Shown in pieces: positions 9,891 to 19,764 of a stretch of 64,000 bases of DNA (position 1 is its first letter; each line of letters opens with the position of its first letter). Under the pieces are notes generated by a model, which saw only the letters and a list, made by a program, of their open reading frames with translations, ran no database searches and had not been told where the DNA came from. This stretch comes from Bacillota bacterium (GTDB taxonomy: Bacteria; Bacillota; Halanaerobiia; Halanaerobiales; DATFIM01). The stretch spans positions 348 to 64,347 of the forward strand of contig JBNJDK010000003.1 of assembly GCA_051744805.1 (NCBI GenBank). The letters are read 5' to 3'. The position numbers and the translations under genes are program-made.

Positions 9891-11243
9891 TTACTCACCG
9901 GCAATATCTAGAGCTTTAATCTTTATTGATGGAGATCCAAAATGACCTCTCCCAGGTAAATCCATTTTCAAATCATCTGCTATTGTTTCAATGTCTTTAA
10001 GCATTTCCATAAAATTACCGGAAATGGTTATTTGTTCTACAGGGCGTTTTATTTCACCATTTTTAATATAATAACCAGAAGCTCCTAAAGAAAAATCACC
10101 TGATATACTATTAGCTCCTGAATGTAGACCCTGTACTGAAATAATTATTAACCCTTCATCAATTGATTGAATTAACTCTTTATAAGATTTTTTTCCTTTA
10201 GCTATATACATATTAGTTGGAGCGATATCTACTGAAGATTTATGTGAACTCCTATAGGCATTAGCAGTAGTTTCTACTCCATCTTTTCTGGCAGTTTTAA
10301 GATTATGAAGATATGTAGTTAATTTTCCTTTTTCTATTATATTTTTCTTTCTGGTAGCTACACCTTCACCATCAAATGGTCTGGAATTAAAACCATCTTC
10401 TAAAAATGGATCATCAATTAAGTTAAAATTATCTGCTGCAACTTTTTCACCAAGTTTATTAACAAATAATGAAAGTCCTTTTTGGACATTTTCTGCAGAA
10501 AATGTGGAACTAAAAGTTGCCAAAATTTTAGCTGCAATATCATTTCTTAAAATCACTGGATAAGAACCTGATTTTATAGTAGTTGCTCCCAAAAGTGAAG
10601 TAGCTTCTTCTACAGCTTCAAGAGCAATTTTTTTAGGATTAAATTCAGAAAAATCATGAGTTATCTGAAATTTGCCTGCTGAGCGAACATCATCATCCTC
10701 TTTAGCAATTACGGAAATATAAAGATAGGAAATATTATTTTTAAAAGATAGGTCTAATTTATTGGAATTTTTAATTTTTTGATTAAATTCCATATCAGAA
10801 TATAAACATCTATTTACTGATTCTATTCTGTCATCAGCTTCTAAAGCATATTTTTCTAATGATTTTAATAGCTCAATTTTTTCTTCAGGCTCAATTTTTG
10901 TAAGTTCATTATTATATAATTCCAGTTTTTTGTAATTATCAGAACCTGTGAAAATTTCTTCCTCTTCTTTTTTATCTATTATTTGTGCATTCTGGCTGGC
11001 AGTTTCTATTAACATATCTATAGCTTCTTCATCCAATTTTTCAGTATAAGCATATCCCATTTTATCTTTATATATCCCTCGAAAGGAAAGACCTTCATCT
11101 TCATTTATAGAATAATGATCAATATCCTGTTCAAATACCCTAAGATCAAAACTCTCAGATTCATTTATAAATATTTCTATATCTTTAAAACCATATTTTT
11201 TTGCTTTATTAAATAATTTTTCTTTAAATTCTTTTAATTTCAT
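9891..11243 (-). CDS. pmbA: TldD/PmbA-family metalloprotease subunit (PmbA/TldE-like)
   Basis: About 450 aa with C-terminal GxxSGDFS and GNF motifs. It is paired with tldD, and the start overlaps the tldD stop (TAATG). Confidence 0.85.
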   Translation of the reverse strand: MKLKEFKEKLFNKAKKYGFKDIEIFINESESFDLRVFEQDIDHYSINEDEGLSFRGIYKDKMGYAYTEKLDEEAIDMLIETASQNAQIIDKKEEEEIFTGSDNYKKLELYNNELTKIEPEEKIELLKSLEKYALEADDRIESVNRCLYSDMEFNQKIKNSNKLDLSFKNNISYLYISVIAKEDDDVRSAGKFQITHDFSEFNPKKIALEAVEEATSLLGATTIKSGSYPVILRNDIAAKILATFSSTFSAENVQKGLSLFVNKLGEKVAADNFNLIDDPFLEDGFNSRPFDGEGVATRKKNIIEKGKLTTYLHNLKTARKDGVETTANAYRSSHKSSVDIAPTNMYIAKGKKSYKELIQSIDEGLIIISVQGLHSGANSISGDFSLGASGYYIKNGEIKRPVEQITISGNFMEMLKDIETIADDLKMDLPGRGHFGSPSIKIKALDIAGE

Positions 11244-12634
11244 TATTCATTCCCCTTTCTTCCACCAACAGTTAATTCTGAAACTCTTAATATAGGTTGT
11301 CCTAAACCGGCAGGAACTGATCCACTGATTGAACCACACATACCTTCTGCTAAAGCTAAATTATCTCCTACCATATCAATATTTTTAAGTATTTCAGAAC
11401 CTTTTCCAATTAAAGTGGCCCCTCTAACTGGTTCAGCTATTTCTCCGTCTCTAACTATATACCCTTCTCTAACATTAAAATTAAATTCTCCAGTTGCAGG
11501 ATCTACAGAACCTCCACCTAAATATTTTGCATATAAACCATATTCAGTATTGGAGATAATTTCATCTTTACTAGAATCACCATTAGCAATATAAGTATTA
11601 GTCATTCTAGAAGTCGGAGCATATTTATAAGATTGCCTCCTGGAAGAGCCGGTTGCTTCCATATTCATTCTTCTACCATTTAATTTATCTATCATATAAC
11701 CTTTTAAAATACCATTTTCTATTAAAATATTTTTTTGCATAGGATGGCCTTCATCATCAATATTCTGAGAGCCCCATCCATTAGGAATTGTGCCATCATC
11801 AATAGCAGTTACTAATTCACTTGCAACCTTTTCCCCGATTTTATTGGCAAATACAGAATTGTTTTTTGCAACTGAGGTAGCTTCCAATCCATGGCCACAT
11901 GCCTCATGAAAAATCACACCACCAAATTCATTATCAATAATAACAGGCATTTTGGCACTTGGGGCATAATCAGCTTCTACCATAGTTACAGCAGTACGAG
12001 CAGCTTCTTTTGCATAATCTTCTATATCAATATTTTTTAAAAACTCAAATCCTTGATGAGCTCCCGGACCATAAAAACCTGTTTGTTTTTCACCATTTTT
12101 AGTAGCTATTGCTGAAATCATTATCCTGGATCTAACTCTTCTATCTTTAACAAATAAACCTTCAGAATTTGCAATAAGAACATCCTGATCTATATCAAAA
12201 TAATTGACAACTACCTGTGAAATCAAATCTGAATAATTATCTGCATAACTATGTGCTTTATTCATAATATCTACTTTATCCATTTGTGTTTTTTGATCAG
12301 GATAAATTTTTATTTTATGTTTATTATTAATATTCGTTTCGTTAAAATTTAACTTTTTTTGATTTCCTTTTCCTTTTAAAGCAGCTGCAGCTTTCCTGGC
12401 AACTTTAATAAGATTATCATAACTATCATTATTAGTATAAGCATAAATTACATTTGTTCCTTCAAAAATTCTAATTCCTAGACCATAATCTCTTCCTGAA
12501 TTAGCTTCATCTATTTTTCCACTAAGCATTCTAATTTTATTATTTTTTTTATTTTCTACAAATACTTCAGCAAAATCTCCTCCAGTTGAAAGAGAAGCAG
12601 ATATTACATCATCAATAATACTTTTACTTAACAT
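11243..12634 (-). CDS. tldD: TldD metalloprotease subunit
   Basis: Has an HEACGHGLE zinc motif and a C-terminal GMCGxxSGSVP. Confidence 0.88.
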   Translation of the reverse strand: MLSKSIIDDVISASLSTGGDFAEVFVENKKNNKIRMLSGKIDEANSGRDYGLGIRIFEGTNVIYAYTNNDSYDNLIKVARKAAAALKGKGNQKKLNFNETNINNKHKIKIYPDQKTQMDKVDIMNKAHSYADNYSDLISQVVVNYFDIDQDVLIANSEGLFVKDRRVRSRIMISAIATKNGEKQTGFYGPGAHQGFEFLKNIDIEDYAKEAARTAVTMVEADYAPSAKMPVIIDNEFGGVIFHEACGHGLEATSVAKNNSVFANKIGEKVASELVTAIDDGTIPNGWGSQNIDDEGHPMQKNILIENGILKGYMIDKLNGRRMNMEATGSSRRQSYKYAPTSRMTNTYIANGDSSKDEIISNTEYGLYAKYLGGGSVDPATGEFNFNVREGYIVRDGEIAEPVRGATLIGKGSEILKNIDMVGDNLALAEGMCGSISGSVPAGLGQPILRVSELTVGGRKGNE

Positions 12635-13399
12635 CTAATTAGTCCCCTTTCTATGTCTTAAAAAAATTACTGTTATACCTAAAATTATTAAAAATATACT
12701 AATTAATCTTGCTACCATAATACCTTCAAATAATAAACTATCAGTCCTCATTTTTTCAATAACAAATCTTCCAGCTGAATATAAAATTAAATATAGAGCA
12801 AATATATCCCCATTTTTAATAAACTTTCTTCGTCTCAGAAATATAAGAATACCAAATACTAATATATTCCAGATAGATTCATATAAAAATGTTGGTTGTC
12901 TATAATAACCTTCTATAAACATTTGATGTTTTATAAAATCAGGAAATTTATTAATATAATCTGAACTAACAATTTTACCATAAGCTTCTTGATTAATGAA
13001 ATTACCCCACCTACCAATAGCCTGACCTAAAATCAGTGAAGGAGCAATAATATCTACAACTTCCCAAAAATTTACTTTATATTTTTTTACTAAAATCCAA
13101 ATTATAATTATACCAGCTATAATAGCTCCATGAATAGCCAATCCACCCTGTCTTATATTCAAAATAGCTGAAAAATCATTTTTATAATAAGACCAGTTAA
13201 ATATAACATAATATAATCGTGCACCAATGATTGCTCCTGGAAGACCATATATTATAAAATCATAAAAAAATTCTTCATCTATTCCTTTTTTTCTACTTTC
13301 TTTTATTACTAGAAAAAACCCAATTAAAACCGCACTTCCAATTAAAATGCCATACCACCGAACAGATAAAAAACCAATTTTAAAGGCAATTGGATTAAT
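12635..13399 (-). CDS. lgt: Prolipoprotein diacylglyceryl transferase. I extended it 79 codons beyond the ORF-track call, to an ATT codon.
   Basis: The track ORF starts at an internal TTG (NIRQGGLAIHG). The in-frame upstream sequence encodes INPIAFKIGFLSVRWYGILIG...GARLYYV, which is the conserved Lgt N-terminus. GRWGNFINQE is also present. An in-frame TAA lies directly upstream of the ATT at 13399-13397, and GGAGGTG lies 11 nt upstream. Confidence 0.8.
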   Translation of the reverse strand: MNPIAFKIGFLSVRWYGILIGSAVLIGFFLVIKESRKKGIDEEFFYDFIIYGLPGAIIGARLYYVIFNWSYYKNDFSAILNIRQGGLAIHGAIIAGIIIIWILVKKYKVNFWEVVDIIAPSLILGQAIGRWGNFINQEAYGKIVSSDYINKFPDFIKHQMFIEGYYRQPTFLYESIWNILVFGILIFLRRRKFIKNGDIFALYLILYSAGRFVIEKMRTDSLLFEGIMVARLISIFLIILGITVIFLRHRKGTN

Positions 13400-13495
13400 T
13401 TATTAAGTCACCTCCTAGAATTTATCCCTATTATAACTATTTATCTATTATTAATAATTTTCCTTCTTTTAAATTATATTAAACAATAAGATATG

Positions 13496-13523
13496 CAAAA
13501 ACCAGGCGGAACTTCCACCTGGT
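13496..13523 (-). terminator. Rho-independent terminator after coaBC
   Basis: The minus strand reads CCAGGUGG-AAGUU-CCGCCUGG (8 bp including one G-U pair), followed by UUUUUG. Confidence 0.75.
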
Positions 13524-13536
13524 CCAAATTTCAAAA

Positions 13537-14718
13537 TTATAGATTTTTTATATTATCCAAAATGGTATCTGCTATTTCTATTTTCTCCATGAGAGTTAAG
13601 GATTTTTGTGTATTTTTAGTCAATATTTCTACTTCATTTTTATCACTTTGAAAACCAGCATCATCTCTTGTTATATCATTTGCAATTATCATATCAAGAT
13701 TTTTTTCTTTTAATTTACGTAAGGAATTTTTTATAATATATTCACTTTCAGCAGCAAATCCAACTAAAATCTGATCTTCAGGTTTGTTTTTGCCTAATTC
13801 TGCTAAAATATCAGGAGTAGATTCAACTTCTATACTTGTTATTTTATCATCCTGTTTTTTAAGTTTATTTTTATTATAATTTTTAGGTTTTAAATCAGAA
13901 ACAGCAGCAGCTTTAATAATAATATCCTGTTCTTTAGCTATATCATTTACTGCCTTATTCATTTCTTCTGCTGTTTTTACATTAATTAAATTTACTCCTA
14001 AAGGTTTTTCGAGCTGACTGGGTCCACTAACTAAAGTTACATCTGCTCCTCTATAACTTGCCATTCTAGCTAATTCATATCCCATTTTCCCACTTGAATA
14101 ATTTGAAATAAAACGCACTGGATCAATAGCCTCTCTAGTTGGGCCAGCAGTTATTAATATTTTCTTATTTTTAAAATCTTTTTTTGTAAGCTCTTTTTTT
14201 ATATTTTCTACAAGTTGATCTGGTTCAGGTAATCTACCTTCTCCTACATCACCACAGGCTAAATAACCGGCTGGTGGAGTTATAATTCTATAATCTTTTT
14301 CCTTTAAATACTCCATATTTTCCTGTACTATTGGGTTATTATACATATTAACATTCATTGCCGGTGAAATTAGTACAGGGGCCTGCGTGGCCATAATAAT
14401 TGTTGTTAGTAAATCATCAGCAATTCCATTAGCAATTTTACCTATAATATTAGCAGTGGCTGGAGCAATCATAAATATATCTGCTTTTTTAGCAAGAGAA
14501 ATATGTTTAACTTCAAAACTATCTGGAGGACTAAATAAATTACTTTCAACAGGTCTATGAGTTATTGACCTAAAAGTAAGAGGTCTTACAAATTCAGTTG
14601 CAGATTCTGTCATAATCACATCCACATTTGCCCCTAATTTAATCAGTCGACTTGCTACTTCAACCATTTTATAAGCTGCTATTCCACCACTAATTCCTAA
14701 AACTATATTTTTATCCAT
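13537..14718 (-). CDS. coaBC: Bifunctional phosphopantothenoylcysteine decarboxylase / phosphopantothenate-cysteine ligase
   Basis: Has a GISGGIAAYK flavoprotein N-terminus and a C-terminal ligase domain (TAGPTREAIDPVRFISNYSSGKMG). Confidence 0.93.
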   Translation of the reverse strand: MDKNIVLGISGGIAAYKMVEVASRLIKLGANVDVIMTESATEFVRPLTFRSITHRPVESNLFSPPDSFEVKHISLAKKADIFMIAPATANIIGKIANGIADDLLTTIIMATQAPVLISPAMNVNMYNNPIVQENMEYLKEKDYRIITPPAGYLACGDVGEGRLPEPDQLVENIKKELTKKDFKNKKILITAGPTREAIDPVRFISNYSSGKMGYELARMASYRGADVTLVSGPSQLEKPLGVNLINVKTAEEMNKAVNDIAKEQDIIIKAAAVSDLKPKNYNKNKLKKQDDKITSIEVESTPDILAELGKNKPEDQILVGFAAESEYIIKNSLRKLKEKNLDMIIANDITRDDAGFQSDKNEVEILTKNTQKSLTLMEKIEIADTILDNIKNL

Positions 14719-14748
14719 TTTTATGCCTCCAATTAGTACTTTTACAAT

Positions 14749-14964
14749 TTATTTAATACTATTGGCACTATTTTTTTTATAAGTTATTTTTCCTTTTTGA
14801 ATTTCCTCTAAACTTTTGGAAACAGGTTTTACCCCTTTATATTCATCAAGTAATTCCTGACCTCCTAAATTTAAATGTCTCGCCCTTTTAGCTGCAAGTA
14901 TTATTAACGTATAAGTACTATCAGCTTTTTCTTTTAAAGATTCTACTGTTACATCTGTAACCAC
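14749..14964 (-). CDS. rpoZ: DNA-directed RNA polymerase omega subunit
   Basis: 71 aa and contains YTLIILAAKRARHL. It uses a GTG start 9 nt after AAAGGAG. The gmk-rpoZ order is typical. Confidence 0.9.
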   Translation of the reverse strand: MVTDVTVESLKEKADSTYTLIILAAKRARHLNLGGQELLDEYKGVKPVSKSLEEIQKGKITYKKNSANSIK

Positions 14965-14969
14965 TTAAA

Positions 14970-15542
14970 TCAACTCCTTTTTTTAGTTTGTTCTTTTAAA
15001 ATAACTCTTTTTAATTCCCTAACTGCATTTTCAACTTCATCATTTAAAATAGTATAATCATATTCATCAATTTCTTTTATCTCAGATTTAGCATTTTTTA
15101 AACGCACTTTTTTATTTTTATCATTTTCAGTATCTCTTTTTTGCAATCTGTTTTTTAATTCTTCAATTGAAGGTGGTTTTAAAAAAATAAAAACTGCATT
15201 AGGATATTTTTCTTTTACCTGTTTTGCTCCCTGGATATCTATTTCTAAGATTATATCTTTACCTTCAGCTAAAGTTCTATCAACATACTTTTTAGGAGTA
15301 CCATAATAATTATTATGTACTTTTGCACTTTCAATAAATTTATCATTTTTTTCTAATTCTTTAAATCTTTCTTCAGAAATAAAAAAATAATCATCACCAT
15401 CTACTTCTCCAGGACGTCTTTCCCTTGTGGTAGCAGAAACAGAATATTCAACACCAGAGAAATCTTCCATTAAAGCGTCCAATACAGTTCCCTTACCGAC
15501 TCCAGAGGGCCCTGAAAGAACAAATAATATTCCTTTGCTCAT
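14970..15542 (-). CDS. gmk: Guanylate kinase
   Basis: Has the GPSGVGKGT P-loop. I moved the start to the ATG at 15542 (MSKGILFVLSGPSG), 7 nt after AAGGAGGTG. The longer track ORF overlaps remA. Confidence 0.92.
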   Translation of the reverse strand: MSKGILFVLSGPSGVGKGTVLDALMEDFSGVEYSVSATTRERRPGEVDGDDYFFISEERFKELEKNDKFIESAKVHNNYYGTPKKYVDRTLAEGKDIILEIDIQGAKQVKEKYPNAVFIFLKPPSIEELKNRLQKRDTENDKNKKVRLKNAKSEIKEIDEYDYTILNDEVENAVRELKRVILKEQTKKRS

Positions 15543-15555
15543 AAGAGCACCTCCT

Positions 15556-15804
15556 TTATTCTTTATCATCATCTAATCTATGGGAAACTGTTTCTGGTTG
15601 AATGGCAGATAATACTACATGATCACTATCTGTTATAATAACTGCTCTTGTTCTACGTCCATAAGTAGCATCAATTAACATTCCTCTTTCTCTTGCTTCC
15701 TGGACAATTCTTTTTATTGGAGCTGACTCTGGACTTACTACTGCAATCACTCTATTTCCAGCAACAATATTTCCAAACCCAATATTTATCAAATTTACAT
15801 TCAT
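15556..15804 (-). CDS. remA: RemA/YlzA (DUF370) DNA-binding regulator
   Basis: Matches RemA along its length: [68 protein letters not shown]. Confidence 0.9.
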   Translation of the reverse strand: MNVNLINIGFGNIVAGNRVIAVVSPESAPIKRIVQEARERGMLIDATYGRRTRAVIITDSDHVVLSAIQPETVSHRLDDDKE

Positions 15805-15856
15805 TTATATCTTCCCCCTATATTACTAACAGTTTGAAAAACTCCTACTTTAAATT

Positions 15857-15885
15857 ATAATATCACAGTATAGGCCATTTGACAA
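15857..15885 (-). promoter_or_regulatory. Promoter candidate for remA-gmk-rpoZ-coaBC
   Basis: The minus strand reads TTGTCA (15885-15880), a 17-nt spacer, then TATTAT (15862-15857) preceded by the TGa of an extended -10. Confidence 0.55.
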
Positions 15886-15917
15886 GGATTGAGAATAAAA
15901 GTTATTTTCTTCTTCCA

Positions 15918-15946
15918 TTGACTAATAGTTAATTTTTTTTTATACT
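15918..15946 (+). promoter_or_regulatory. Promoter candidate for rqcH, divergent from the remA promoter
   Basis: The plus strand reads TTGACT (15918-15923), a 17-nt spacer, then TATACT (15941-15946). Confidence 0.6.
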
Positions 15947-15987
15947 TATACTTAAGCCAAAATAATAAGGAAGTAAGAGGTGATAAA

Positions 15988-17745
15988 ATGGCTATTGATG
16001 GAGTTTTATTAAATAATTGTAAATATGATTTGGAAAACAAAATAATTGGAAGTAGAGTAAACAAAATATATCAGATGGAAAATAAACTATTAACCATAGA
16101 TATTAGACAACCAGGTGAAAGTTTAAAAATCCTTATTTCAATAGATCCGGAAGGCTCAAGAGTTCATTTAACAGACTTGAAATTTGATCATCCTTCTCAT
16201 CCCCCTGATTTTTGTATGATTTTAAGAAAATATTTAACTAATGGTAATATAGTTGAAATAACTCAACCTGAATTTGAAAGAGTTCTTTATATGAAAATTG
16301 ATAAAGGTGGTAAAATATGCACATTGATTTTAGAAATTATGGGAAGGTATAGTAATATAATTTTAGTAGATGAAAATAATAAAGTACTTGATGCTATGAA
16401 AAGAGTTGGAGAAAAAAAGAATAAAGAAAGACAGCTATATCCAGGGATTGAATATCAGGCACCTCCCCCACAGGATAAACTAAATCCTCTAAAAGTAAAT
16501 AAAAATGATTTTTTTGAAAAAATACCAGCTGATTTCAGAAAATATTGTTATAAAGCTATAATGTATAATTTCCGGGGAATAGGACCAAATATAGCTAAAG
16601 AGATAGTTTATAGAGCTAATATAGATTATGAAAAACATTATCATGAATTAACTGACAGAGAATTAGATTCTATCTGGGAAAGTTTTGCTGAAATCTTTAA
16701 TAAAGTTAAAAATGGAGATTTTAATCCTACAGTTGGTATTAATGAGGATACTCTTATTGATTATACTTCTGCATTTGAATTAAAATATATAAATGATTTA
16801 AAAACCAAACATTTTGACACTACTGGTGATTTATTTGATTATTTTTATCGAAATCATATCCAAAAAAGAGAATTTATTAAGTTACAAAAAAGATTAAATG
16901 ATATTGTTGATAATTTTTTAGAAAAAAACCGTAAAAAACAGAGAGAACTAAGAGGAAAAATTAAAGAAAGTAAAAATGCAGATAAATATAAAAAAATGGG
17001 AGAATTAATAAAATCAAATATTTATCAAATTGAAAAAGGTCAAAAAAATGTTATTTTAACAGATTATTTTGACCCTGAACAACAAGAAATAGAAATTGAT
17101 CTTGACCCTAAAAAATCTCCTGCAGAAAATGCCCAAAAATATTTTAAAAAGTATGAAAAAGCTAAAAAAAGTTATAATCATCTTAAGAGAGAATTAGGAA
17201 AATTCCGTCATGAAGAAAGATATTTAGAACAGGTTCAACTAAATATTGAACAGGGTGATAATGAAGATGATCTAATGGAAATTGAAAAAGAACTTAGGGA
17301 AGAAGGCTATATCCAAAAACAAAAACAGGGAAGTAAAGAAAATAAAGCACTTCCTCCCAGAAGATTTAAATCTTCTCAGGGTTATGACATATTAGTTGGC
17401 AGAAATAACAAACAAAATGATTATTTAACTAAAAAGAAAGCAAATGACCATGATATCTGGGTTCATACTAAAAAAATTCCTGGTTCTCATGTTATTATTA
17501 GAAATCATACAAATGATGAAATCCCGGAAAAAACAATAAAGGAAGCAGCCCAGCTAGCAGCTTATTTCAGTAAAGGTAAAATGTCAACAAATGTACCAAT
17601 TGACTTTACTGCTGTTAAAAATGTAAATAAACCTAAAGGAGCTAAGCCAGGCCTTGTTTATTATGATGATTATCAAACTTTATATGCTGACCCTGATAAA
17701 GAGCTTGTTAAAAAACTGAGTAAAAACGCCAAAAACAAAAAATAA
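15988..17745 (+). CDS. rqcH: Ribosome quality control protein RqcH (NFACT / FbpA family)
   Basis: Has an NFACT-N domain, a coiled-coil middle region and a C-terminal NFACT-R/DUF814 domain (GYDILVGRNNKQNDYLT..HDIWVHTKKIPGSHVII). Confidence 0.88.
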   Translation: MAIDGVLLNNCKYDLENKIIGSRVNKIYQMENKLLTIDIRQPGESLKILISIDPEGSRVHLTDLKFDHPSHPPDFCMILRKYLTNGNIVEITQPEFERVLYMKIDKGGKICTLILEIMGRYSNIILVDENNKVLDAMKRVGEKKNKERQLYPGIEYQAPPPQDKLNPLKVNKNDFFEKIPADFRKYCYKAIMYNFRGIGPNIAKEIVYRANIDYEKHYHELTDRELDSIWESFAEIFNKVKNGDFNPTVGINEDTLIDYTSAFELKYINDLKTKHFDTTGDLFDYFYRNHIQKREFIKLQKRLNDIVDNFLEKNRKKQRELRGKIKESKNADKYKKMGELIKSNIYQIEKGQKNVILTDYFDPEQQEIEIDLDPKKSPAENAQKYFKKYEKAKKSYNHLKRELGKFRHEERYLEQVQLNIEQGDNEDDLMEIEKELREEGYIQKQKQGSKENKALPPRRFKSSQGYDILVGRNNKQNDYLTKKKANDHDIWVHTKKIPGSHVIIRNHTNDEIPEKTIKEAAQLAAYFSKGKMSTNVPIDFTAVKNVNKPKGAKPGLVYYDDYQTLYADPDKELVKKLSKNAKNKK

Positions 17746-17748
17746 CAA

Positions 17749-19764
17749 TTATTTAAGTTCATTAAAAAGAAAACTATAAAAATCTCTTCTTTCTTCAATT
17801 ATCTTAGAGGTAGGCTTACCAAATCCATGGCCTGCCTTATTTTCCATTCTAAATAAATTTATTTTATTTCCTTCATCTGCATCTTTTAAAGCTGCCAAAA
17901 ATTTTCGAGAATGAAGAGGAACCACTCTATCATCTGTATCACCAGTAGCAACAATTACTGAAGGATATTCTTCACCTTTTTCTAAGTTATGAAGGGGAGA
18001 ATATTTATAAAGATATTTAAAATCTTCTTTTTTATCAGGATCCCCGTATTCAGGTATCCAATAACTACCTACTGTAAATTTATGATACCTTAACATATCA
18101 GTTACAGGAACATTTGCAATCACTGCTCCAAAAAGATCAGGACGTTGAACCATAACAGCAGTAACTAACAAGCCCCCATTGCTTCTTCCCCAGATAGCTA
18201 ACTTTTTACTATTAGTATAGTTTTTAGAAATTAGCCATTCACCTGCAGAAATAAAATCATCAAAAACATTTTGTTTTTTATCAAGCATACCTTCTTCATG
18301 CCATTTCCTACCATATTCTCCGCCACCTCGAAGATTAGCTACAGCATATACACCACCTTTTTCAAGCCAAAATAAAGTAGTTGGAGAAAAAACAGGTGTC
18401 ATATTAATATTAAATCCACCATAACCATATAATAAAGTTTTATTATTATTATCTTTTATTAAATCTTTTTTATGATTTACAATTATAGGAATTTTTGTTC
18501 CATCTTTAGATTTATAAAAATATTTTTTAGAAAGATAATTTTCAAAATCAAAATCAAACTTCGTTTCTCTAATTAATTTAAATTTGTTTTTATTCCCATC
18601 ATATAAATATATAGTAGGTGCCTTAAGGTAGGATTGAATAATAAAAACTATTTTTGAATTATTACTATCTTTATTTATCTGGTCAATAGTAACAGGGATT
18701 TGTTCCTTATGATTGTTAATTATTTTTCCCTTATTATTATAAACTTTGATTATATTAGAAGCATCATCTAAATACACAGTAAAAATTTTGTTTTTTAAAA
18801 ACACGGATTTTTCCAATATTTCATCTTTTTCAGAAATAACATCTTTTATTTTATTACTTTTTATATCAAAAGAAATTATTTTTCCTTTTTCAGCATTTTT
18901 ATCTGTTTTAAAATAAAATTTTTCTTCTTTACTTCCTATAAAATTATATTCTGCATCCATAACCTCAAATAATTTTACAAATTCCTTTTCTTTACTGGCT
19001 TTACGATAATAGATACCATTTTTAGGAGAAGTACCTTTACTAACAGACAAAATTAAATATTTTTTGTCATCTGTTAAAATCGGTCTATAGTTTAATTCTT
19101 TTCTTTTATCATCTTTATAAACAAGTTTATCATTCTCCTGATGATTTCCTAATTTATGCCAGTAAACTTTACAATAATTATTTTCATCTTCTTTTGGAAC
19201 AGTACCTACTTCTGGAAAACGAGTATAATAAAAACCATTATTATAAGAATCCCAGCTAATATTGCTAAACTTTACCCACTTTAGTTTATCTTTTAATGTC
19301 TCTTTTTTTTGATTATCATATACAAATATCTCCTGTCTATCACTACCACTTTCAGCTAGAGTATATGCAATAAAATCATCGTTATCATCTGGAAAGAAAT
19401 TTGTAATTGCAATTGTTCCATCTTCACTAAATTCATTTTGATCAATTAATATTTTTTCTTCTTTTTTATGAAGACAAAATTGATCTAAATAAGGCTGATC
19501 TTTTAAACCTTCTCTTTTAAAATAATATAAATTATTATTATTTATTTTAGGAAAACTATATTCATCATAATCCATCAACTCACTTATTCTTTTTTCAACT
19601 TCTTGATAATTATTTAAATTTTTAAAATAATCCTCACTTAACTCTAACTCATTTTTAATCCATTTTTTAGTTTCAACAGAATTATCATCTTCCAACCAGC
19701 GAAATTCATCTTCAATTAAATTCCCATGATAGTCTTCTTTAACACTATTTCTCTTTTCTTTCAT
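17749..19764 (-). CDS. Prolyl oligopeptidase (S9A family serine peptidase)
   Basis: Has the N-terminal DEFRWLED, the catalytic GRSNGGLL motif and C-terminal D...GHG residues. It is 671 aa. Confidence 0.88.
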   Translation of the reverse strand: MKEKRNSVKEDYHGNLIEDEFRWLEDDNSVETKKWIKNELELSEDYFKNLNNYQEVEKRISELMDYDEYSFPKINNNNLYYFKREGLKDQPYLDQFCLHKKEEKILIDQNEFSEDGTIAITNFFPDDNDDFIAYTLAESGSDRQEIFVYDNQKKETLKDKLKWVKFSNISWDSYNNGFYYTRFPEVGTVPKEDENNYCKVYWHKLGNHQENDKLVYKDDKRKELNYRPILTDDKKYLILSVSKGTSPKNGIYYRKASKEKEFVKLFEVMDAEYNFIGSKEEKFYFKTDKNAEKGKIISFDIKSNKIKDVISEKDEILEKSVFLKNKIFTVYLDDASNIIKVYNNKGKIINNHKEQIPVTIDQINKDSNNSKIVFIIQSYLKAPTIYLYDGNKNKFKLIRETKFDFDFENYLSKKYFYKSKDGTKIPIIVNHKKDLIKDNNNKTLLYGYGGFNINMTPVFSPTTLFWLEKGGVYAVANLRGGGEYGRKWHEEGMLDKKQNVFDDFISAGEWLISKNYTNSKKLAIWGRSNGGLLVTAVMVQRPDLFGAVIANVPVTDMLRYHKFTVGSYWIPEYGDPDKKEDFKYLYKYSPLHNLEKGEEYPSVIVATGDTDDRVVPLHSRKFLAALKDADEGNKINLFRMENKAGHGFGKPTSKIIEERRDFYSFLFNELK

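Noticed and set aside
15855-16064. A 69-aa minus-strand ORF spanning the remA/rqcH divergent promoter region and the 5' end of rqcH.
   Set aside because: It overlaps both promoters and the rqcH start. It has no SD and no conserved features.
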